Source: Naegleria gruberi (Eukaryota). From it: a DNA stretch of 64,000 nt. Of the stretch, positions 31,638 to 40,506 are shown piece by piece (the stretch's first letter is position 1; each line of letters starts with the position of its first letter). Under the pieces are notes generated by a model that was not told the origin of the DNA, made no database searches, and was given only the letters and a program-made list of their open reading frames with translations. Made by a program: the position numbers and the translations under genes. Location of the stretch: the NCBI GenBank assembly GCA_000004985.1, contig GG738849.1, one strand, 5' to 3'.

Positions 31638-32403
31638 TTTGTGTGTGATGATGAATTTTTTCAAATTTTTTGTTTTATTTTTAAAAATATTAAATAATCA
31701 AATTGCTGATGGTGATGAGCAAAAACTTCAAGGCAACAATTTCGGGAATGAACTCAAGTACGATATTGAACAGAATAATTGTTTCCTTGATGGTGTGAAG
31801 AAAAAGATAATGTTTAATTTGAGACTAATTTTGAAATGTTTAGCAACCTACAATATAATCCTAAATTCTATTTAATAATCTGTAGTGAGAGAACAATTGT
31901 AAAGATTGAGTTTCCATGGAAACAAATTTCAAGAACAATCATCAGCTGATGAATGAGATTGGAATTTCTCCTCATATACGGAAACAAAAAGGAAAACTTT
32001 TACCATCATGTATGGTCATTTCCCAATACTTATTATTATCCAAGTTACCCACCAACGAACAACACCTACGACACTATCTTGTTACAAAATAGAAACCACT
32101 TCCTCTCCAACACGACTATTTTCAATTCCTTAATATCCTTTTCATCAACATTCTCTGTGAGGAAAGTCCACGCATATGGAACACCTCTCTTATTGGAAAG
32201 TATTCAAAATGAAATTGAGTTAAATTTCATGAAGTATGAAGGTAACCCGATCGTGATTGTTTAGATAGTGCTTCCTCCTCTAGTACCCTATCAAGTCACA
32301 AATCAACATACAAATGTTGTAGTCTGTGGGATTCTCTTTTCAAAAAAAAGTAACAATCATTATCGTTGTCTAGTTGACTTGAATTGTTATTAGTTGATAC
32401 AAA

Positions 32404-34632
32404 ATGTTTAGAAAGGGATTTCTGTTACTGCTAATTCTTTCACTGTTGGTGATAGCTGGTTTTTACACACAGTCAACTGTGGCGACTCTAGTTAACTCAA
32501 ATACTTATCCAAGTGCAAATGTAATTTCTACGAGTGATGGGTTTAAAATGTATTGGAGATTATTGGCAGGAAATGGCACCAATTCCATTATTGAAATTGC
32601 AATCATTGCTACTGGATGTGCCAGTGGATGGGTTGGTTTAGGAATAGATCACGACGTTTCGAGTGGTATGTCAAATGTTGATACAGTGATGGCAAGGTTT
32701 GTACGAAATATTTCACATTATTTATAATTTGATGATGAAACTTTTATTATCCGTATGATGATGATGTTTAGATATACTGGATCAATTGATATCAAAGATA
32801 TGTACTTGGCTACAAATTCACGATCAGCTCCTATTCAAGATACTATTGACAATTTGATTTTCAAAGATGGTGGAGTGAGTGGAAGTGATCTTCATGTGAT
32901 TTTCAGAAGATACTTGAATACTGGAGATAGTTCAAGAGACAAAATTATTAGAAACGAAACTATGAGGTTCAGTTATGCCTACTCTTTATCTTCCAATGAT
33001 TTCCAATCATATCACGATAAGACTGGAAAGTTCACGACCAATTTGCTCTTGATTGCTACAAATTCATCAAGTGGAGGCACCACAACAGGCACTACAAATA
33101 ATCTCTATAATTTCCATCTGATTGTTACGGGAATCATGTTTGTGATTGTACTTTCATTGGGCATTGTCTTTACATTTATTCCAGTTTTGGTTAAACCAAA
33201 TCTACTGACAGATTTGATTTTATATAGAAGATTTTGCAAAGTTTCGACAAACAAATACTTGGGAGGAATGATTAATTCATTGGCTGACTTGACCATTGGA
33301 GAAGTTTTAATCGTGTCATCATATTGGCTCATTCTAGCTGCTTGGGCAGTTTATGGAGGTATTTCGGCAAGCTCATTCCCAGCTGGAAGAGCTTTTGCTT
33401 ATGTGAATGTTTGGAATTTTAGTTTGATACTATTCCCTTTGAGTAGATATTCAGTTTTACTTGCCCTGTTCGGTATTTCATTTGAGAGAGCTATCAAATT
33501 CCACAAATGGTTGGGAAGATCAACTCACTTCTTTGTTACTGTTCACTTCCTTGCCATGTTGATTGAAAATGCAATGATCAATAATGCTGCCTATTTGTGG
33601 TCAATGTCAACAATTAATTATCCTCTCTTGGGTTTTATTTCTTGGATTTTATTGAGTATTCTAGTGATGGGAACTTTTGAGCCAATTAGAAGAAAGTTGT
33701 GGGAACTTTTCTATGGTTCACATATTATTCTTGCTGTTCTAGTGATTGGATTATCCATTGCACACGGTAGAGGATGGATTACATTACTCCCTTATATGGC
33801 TGCAAGTATTCTCTTGTATTTGATTGATTTGCTATTCAGATGGGTATTTGGCTTTGGAATTCCAACAAAGGTTGTTGGTATTAGTTATAATGAGGATTGT
33901 AGTGTAACAACCGTTACTTTCCAGAAGAGATTTTTGACCTTCCTTAATATTGGAGGAAAACCTGGAAAGGGTTCATTTATTTTTGTTTATTTGCCTTCAG
34001 TTTCTCCTTTCGAATATCATCCATTTACTGTGAGTAGTTACAAGGAATTGGATAAGAAGGGAACCTATGAATTTACATGCCATGTCAAGAATCATCATGG
34101 TAAGGGTTATGGAAACAAGTTGGCCAATCTTGCCAAATCCAATCCAGATGTTAGTCGTCTATTTGCCAGAGTTGAGGGAGCATTTGGAAATCTCTCCATT
34201 CCTATTCAACATTATCAAACCGTCATCTTAATTAGTGGTGGTATTGGTATTACATTTGTTCATTCACTCCTCGATGGTCTAGTTCAGAGAGGAGAAGACA
34301 AGTCAAAGAAGATTCACTTGTGGTGGTCATTCAGACATCCCTCAATGTTGGATTTATTCCCAACGATTAAGAATAATTCATCTATCGAAAAGGAACTTTT
34401 CCTCACTGGAAAGGACACTGAGATGGGTTCTCATTCTCACAGTGACATTAAAATGTCAAGAATGGACGTTAAACAATTACTGGAAAAGGTGAAGAGTAAT
34501 ACCAATGATTCCTATGTTGGAGTATTCGTCTGTGGACCAACTCAATTAATTTCCACTGTACAAAATGCAATTTTCGATGTGAATGGTGGAGGTACTAGAT
34601 TCCATCTCCACAAGGAAGTATTTGAATTTTAA
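32404..34632 (+). CDS. Signal peptide + DOMON domain + ferric-reductase (FRE/NOX-type) transmembrane domain + FAD/NADPH-binding domain. Two exons: 32404..32696, 32772..34632. The junction is approximate.
   Basis: Signal peptide FLLLLILSLLVIAGFYT. A DOMON-like beta-sandwich is split by the intron (…SNVDTVMA|R|YTGSIDIKDMYLATNSRSAP…). Two His pairs with 13-residue spacing sit in TM helices (HIILAVLVIGLSIAH and HKWLGRSTHFFVTVH), i.e. a bis-heme site. The FAD motif is HPFTVSS and the NADPH motif is GGIGITFVHSLL. The donor is GTTTGT at 32697, the acceptor TTTAG at 32770-32771. Confidence 0.8.
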
Positions 34633-34735
34633 TAAATTCATGAAATATTCTACTAAAACTCCCTCAATCAGAAATATATTAACAAACAGCCATTCAGAGC
34701 TATAGCTCTCTTCAATATTTTCCAACCTTAAAAAA

Positions 34736-35675
34736 ATGAAACTCTATGATCTACCAACGGAATTGTTGCAAGAAATTTTCAGTTTTCTCTTTAATTTGAG
34801 GGAGAGCAAGAAGACTCTCTATAATTCGCTTATTGAGGCAAGACAGTCGCTTCAACAAATTTGTCAAATGCAACAAGTTTGTACTACTTTTCGATCATCG
34901 GAGGAAATTATTGAATTATTTAATGATTTAATGTGGAGTTTATTCTGCAAGAGTTTTCCCTCTGCACTGATCGAAAATCTAGTCGAATTGTGTGGTGATG
35001 AATTTGAGGAGGAAATTCTAGAGCCAATTCGGAAGAAACATTTGATGAGGAAATACATTACTGGATTGATGAGAAAAATTGGAAAATTATCTTCATCAAG
35101 CGATAATTTAAAAGTATTATTTCTTGGTAAATATTAAATTATATAATATTTCAATTTTTATTAAAAATTTGGAAATTTATTTAGGAAATGGAAAGACAAC
35201 TTTATTGAAAAAGCTATCAGGTGGCAGATTTAAATCAATTGTAGGGTCCATTAAGAAAAAGATTAATCAAATTGGAAACGTTTCATTTGTATGCATGGAA
35301 CCAACTAATGAGACAACTTGTTTCCGTCTCATTTCCACCATGGAAAATAGATTTGATTGTTTTGTGATTGTAAATTATCCAGTGGATAATCGTGTGGGTA
35401 GTAATATAGTGCTACAATATCCTATGGATTTTAAAGATATTTCTGTATCAGTTGACTTTCCAATAGTTATTGTAATGAAGAATTGTTTTGTTTTGGGAGT
35501 GAGAAGTTTATTTTCTGATTTCAAGAATGTATCAATTATTGTAACTGAAGATGATGAAAGTGAGTTTTCAACAGGTAAAATTTTAGAGGAGGTTTATTTC
35601 AGAACATTCAAAACTAAACAGAATTTGCTGGATATTCTAATAGAGGAGGCAAAAAGTTTACAAAAATATGATTGA
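34736..35675 (+). CDS. F-box protein fused to a P-loop NTPase-like domain. Two exons: 34736..35126, 35185..35675.
   Basis: N-terminal F-box LPTELLQEIFSFLFNL. A 58-nt intron GTAAAT...TATTTAG follows. The Walker-A-like motif VLFLGNGKTTLLKKLSGG spans the junction. A hydrophobic-D segment DCFVIVNY is Walker-B-like. Other G-motifs are not recognisable. Confidence 0.55.
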
Positions 35676-35683
35676 AATTATTG

Positions 35684-35800
35684 CAAATTTCTCATCAATT
35701 TTCCAACAAAAATTCAACTCTCATTAAGAAAGCAGTTTATTGTGGGCCAATAATTGAGATAGGATTTGTGTAAAGTTGGGTCTATTGGATGGCTCTTGGT
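35684..35800 (-). repeat. Copy A of a 117-bp duplicated segment. It carries the last 24 codons and 3' flank of the receptor-kinase gene.
   Basis: About 96% identical (5 mismatches in 117) to 40390..40506. On the minus strand it encodes QEPSNRPNFTQILSQLLAHNKLLS*, versus WDQEPSNRPNFTQILSQLLTINELLS* in the intact gene. Homology stops abruptly inside the coding sequence; in this copy the frame is closed by stops immediately upstream. Confidence 0.8.
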
Positions 35801-35997
35801 ATCATGATTACTTTCAACCAACAAGCTGCACAAGGCCCAGCAACATTCTAAAAAGGCTAGAGCAATTCAGTTTATTTAATATTCCAAAATTATTCGCTAA
35901 AAAATGAGTTTTAAACAAGCTTCTATTATTTAACTCAATTTTTCTAAAGTCTCCCATAATAACATTTCATACACAAATCAAAAGTATATAATAGAAT

Positions 35998-38900
35998 TTA
36001 GTAATTTCTATTTGCAATCATTTGTTTGAGAATTTCCTTCTTGCTCAAATTGGTCGTTGGCTTTAACCAAGACATGTTATCATAATTTTTCTTCAAAAAG
36101 CTTGACAAGACACTTCTACTTGGGAATAAATCTTTCAAATACATAATGGAAGCAATTTCGTATGGAGTAAGACCAAAGGCATTAATTGCATTAACATCAG
36201 CTCCATACTTTGTGACCAAAAGTTTGGCAAGTCCAATATTTGATGGATCCAAACAGGCAAGATGTAATGGAGTCATTAAACGGAGTGTTGGAATATTGAT
36301 AAGCTTTGGTTGTTTGTCGAGAACTGCTGTTATGATTTCTGTAGGTATACCAGTACGTTGGCTGGCCAAAATTGTGAGGCAAGTATATCCATTATCATCT
36401 CTGTACAAGAGATCTTCAGGTGACATATTTTCAATCAAGGTAAGGACGAATGGAACTGATCTCACCATGCTTGCCATCAATAAATTCAAAATGCTTGTCT
36501 CAATAATTCTTGGAGATTCAAATAACATAGCCTTTTGATCAAGTTCAAATGCTGGAACAGTTTGATTTAAATCAGAGATTTGACCATTGTAAATCATTTG
36601 AACGAGAGTAGCTTGTCTATTAAATTTGACTTCATCAGTAGAATCCAAAAAGTTGCAATAAGTTTTGGAGAAATCTTCTGAATATGGATCAGGGGTAGAT
36701 TTGGCGGATTGCATGTAAGTGATTCCTCCAAATACTTCTCTGAACTTTCCTAAACAAGTACACAAAGTTACAAGATTATCGATCAGTCTGATATCATCAT
36801 AGCTTGAAGTTAACATGGCAATAAGCTTGTCGGTAGTGATTTGAACCTTTTGCTTTTCATAATCAGGATGTGACTTTGGTTTAGTAAAGTATCTAAAGAA
36901 GACTTGCAAGGCTCTAACTTTTTGATCTGTAGAAAGCTCTTCTGTGCAGTTTGAGTCAGCTTCCACTTTCTTCAAGGTTTCTTCCAAATTATCAAGGCCT
37001 TGGAAATCTGAAATTTGAGACAGACTCTGTGCTAATAGTTCAATTGATCCATTTTCATAGAATAATTTGGCCATATAAAGATCTAAAAGGATGGTCTTGT
37101 CAAGATAGTATCCATTGATCTTACTACATTTACCAACCATGACTGAGAACATGAACTCTTCAAAGACGTGAGGATTCTTGAAGATATTCATACCAAAGTA
37201 TAACAAGACGTGACACCAGTGGAAGCTACCATCATAAATGATAGAATCTGGGTGGAGAAGGCTTTCTTCAGACTTGTTGTTATGATAGATGAGATATTCT
37301 TCAATAACTCTCTTTTCTTCTATGTGTTCGTAGTTGTAGGTATCTATAGCAGAATAAGGAATTTTGGATTTGATGCAATAATCAATAATTTCCTTCTTCT
37401 TAATGATGGATAATCCAGGGGATTGGGTCAATAATTGATTGATCAATGGTAGGAATTCTAATCTTTGTTCAGTCATTGCAGTTATTGGTCCTATCAAGTC
37501 CTTGTCAAGTTGGGCAACAAGAATGGCTCTGATAACCAATCTCTTTTCGTCTTCTCTATCGAGCATTGGACGAACAGTTAGAGCACCAGTAATATCGGCA
37601 GGGGTTTCTTGATTATCATCGTCATTATTTGTAAAGCCATCTTTTAAAGTATCTACTACCTTTTGAGGTTTACCTTCAAATAAGAAATAGAACTTGTCAT
37701 AAAACTTCTTCAAAACATCCTTGGCTGACTCAATATCAGCTGTTGTACTGGTATAAACGTTGGTCATCTGGGTATTGGAATCTGAATTTTCTCTTGTTTT
37801 TCCCAAAAAACTGATTTCCTTCATATTTGGGAAGAGTGTAGCAAGATATCCAATTTCAGTACCAAGAGAATATACATAATCACCATATGGGGCTAACTTG
37901 ACCTTTTTAACATTGTTAGCAAAGCAGGATCTGAGGAGATTCTTACTAACACTATCAAATTCTTGCAACTCTTCGAAATCGAAATATGATTTAATGGCCA
38001 AAGGATCCTTTGAAAGCCCATCAAGTTTTCCAGCATTAGGATAGAAGGATCTATCATTTGAGAAAACAAATGAAAGATTATCGAGTACAAAGTTAACAAA
38101 GGTAATCTCCTCAATATGACTACCACATACAGTACCTTTAACCAAGCTAGGATCAACAATCTTTGGAATTGTCTTACCATTCTCCAACAAGATATGTAAC
38201 AATATATTGTTCAAGAAGTTATAACTTTGGAAATTGATTAAGCTGATGGACTTGAATAACTTGTAAGTTTCCTCATGCCATTCACTGAACAGATCAGGAA
38301 GGGCTTTCCTAAGGGACAAACGAACCAAAGCGCAAAGATAAGTTTCGTATGTGTAAACAGGAGAGTATGCTAGAGTGTGAGGAGTCAAAATAAACTCGTG
38401 ATTCATTCTTGGAATACCCTCTGGGAAGTATTTTTTGTAAAGTTCAGATGGTTCCATATTGTCAAAGTTATCATTCAACAAATCCAACCCAATTTCTGTA
38501 GTGTCAACTGTTAATGGTAGTTTAGATTATGATAGCGACTTAAAATACTTACGTTCTAGAACTATATCGGCTCCTTTTGGACGTTTTTTGATCTTGTCCT
38601 TCTTGCTTGATTGGGTGACCAGACGTGAAAAGTTGGAAATCATATAATTATTATTCATAGTTTGTTGATTGAGTTCATCAACTAAATCTGCTTCAGTAGT
38701 TTCTTCATCTTGTGCTTCTTCATCTTGACTTTCTTTTTTGTCAACTTGAAGGAAAGTATCCTCTTCTACATCAACTTCAAGCGTTTCTTCTTTTTCTAAC
38801 TTTTCGTCAGTTTTAGCTTCCTTCTTGGTTTCTTCATCAACTTCAATATCTAAATCATCCACGTTATTGTTATAATAATTGAGTCTATAGGATGGAATAG

Positions 38901-40048
38901 AACCTCCAATGGTAAAAGTTCCAGTTTCGGTATCTGTTTTCAAAAGGAACATTTCACTCCAATTGGATTTCAAGCATCCATAAACCTTTGGGCAATTTTT
39001 GTAGATGCCTTCATCTTCAAAGTGATCCAACTTTTTGGAGTGGTACCTCTTTTTAGCATTGATAAAACAGAGCAAGTGAGCATATTTTGACAAGAAGAGG
39101 TCAATATTATTTTCTGGTTCAAATGCATTAGTTCTTGGTGAATAGAAACGAATGAAAATGGAAGCAATATTCAAAGAATCGCATTCATTCATTAAATATT
39201 CTTGCATTCTTGTGTTAAATGTCTTTGAAATTGCACGATACTTGTGATATGTTACAAATACTGAATCAATGGTTTCAGTACAAAAGTTATTTGGAGTATT
39301 GGAAAAATACTTTTTAAACTGGAATATGGTACTAGATTCTCTTTCGAATGGAAGTTTGCTAGATGTTGGAATCATGGTAATAATATGGAATTTCAACTCG
39401 AAATCAAAATGTTCTCTAATAAGTTCACATAATTCTTCCAATTTCTCAGATGACTCATCAGCGCTTTTTTCAACAATAGTTTTTTCTATTAATTCAATTA
39501 TTAATCATTGTAGTTCATAAAGAGATAACAAACCTTCACTCTTCTTTCTATCTGCATCAGTCCAGATCTTACTCAAAGGTGTCATTTTCTCACCTTCAGC
39601 AGCTTCAAAATCAACAGAGGATGAATAAACCTTCGGATCAAGATTCTACAACCATCATCAGTTGTGTGATATTAAATTTGATCAAAATTATTACAAAATC
39701 ACAAGGAAAAACAAACCTCAACTTTTGGAAATTTAGCCATTCCATTATTCCAATAGGCTTGGGCATAATTAGTATATTTTGATTTATCCTTGTGATATTG
39801 TGGAATTGTTTCTATATTATGATCATTTAATAATATTCATATATTAACAACATAATAACATGATCGGATGGAATGATAGGAATCACACATTAATATGTTC
39901 ATATATAATAATCTTCATTAGCAATCTAACAACACATTCAAAAAAACAAACCTTTGATCGGGGTTAAAATAGCCTCTCCCACACGATCATGAATCATCTC
40001 CAACAAATTACTAGCACTGGTAATATCCAACCCGAAAGGACCGTTCAT
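35998..40048 (-). CDS. Large ankyrin-repeat-containing protein (about 1230 aa). Five exons: 39952..40048, 39717..39811, 39534..39645, 38553..39485, 35998..38507.
   Basis: The two long track ORFs (38527..39441 and 35998..38487, both listed from TTG) join in frame through a 45-nt intron GTAAGT...TAACAG. Three further 5' exons join with exact phase through introns that have GTTTGT donors and TAG acceptors. The apparent upstream stop TAG at 39646-39648 is the acceptor of intron B. ATG at 40046-40048 (MNGPFGLDITSASNLLEM...). The C-terminal ankyrin repeats are GYTCLTILASQ... and LMTPLHLACLDPSNIGLAKLLVTKYGADVNAINAFGLTPYEIA. Confidence 0.7.
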
Positions 40049-40389
40049 TCTTCTCCCTCTTGATGATTTGGATTTTTTTATGTTTTGATTTTGTGAAGGA
40101 AATTGGCACCATGTTCGATCAATGTTCCATAAAACGCATTACAATGGGATGTTGTGACGTAATTATCATGATTATCTTGGTGTTTATTGGGAGTTTCATT
40201 TTCTTTTGAATTTTCTCTTGAGATAATCAAAATATTGTGCTCAACACTCAAAAAAAAGACATCTTTCATTATAAGAATTTCATCCTAAGGCTTATTGCCA
40301 TTGGATCAATGACATTAGTTATGAAGGATCCAAATATACAAGTGAATAAAGCAATTAACATCATTAGGGTATTGTATTGTAAATAAAAT

Positions 40390-40506
40390 CAAATTTCTCA
40401 TCAATTTTCCAACAAAAATTCAACTCTCATTAAGACAGCAGTTCATTGATGGTCAATAATTGAGATAGGATTTGTGTAAAGTTGGGTCTATTGGATGGCT
40501 CTTGGT
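40390..40506 (-). repeat. Copy B of the 117-bp duplicated segment, in its native context at the 3' end of the receptor-kinase gene.
   Basis: See copy A. This copy covers the final 24 codons (WDQEPSNRPNFTQILSQLLTINELLS*) plus about 40 bp of 3' flank. Confidence 0.8.

Noticed and set aside
38485-39441. ORF-track M starts at 38487, 39441, 9191, 20663, 31664, 40891 and 43484.
   Set aside because: These codons are TTG (or simply the first sense codon after a stop), not ATG. The true starts were re-derived from ATG codons or upstream exons.
40078-40269. Track ORF 40078..40269 (minus strand, 63 aa) in the spacer upstream of the ankyrin gene start.
   Set aside because: Short, no domain, and it lies in promoter-like sequence between two better-supported genes.
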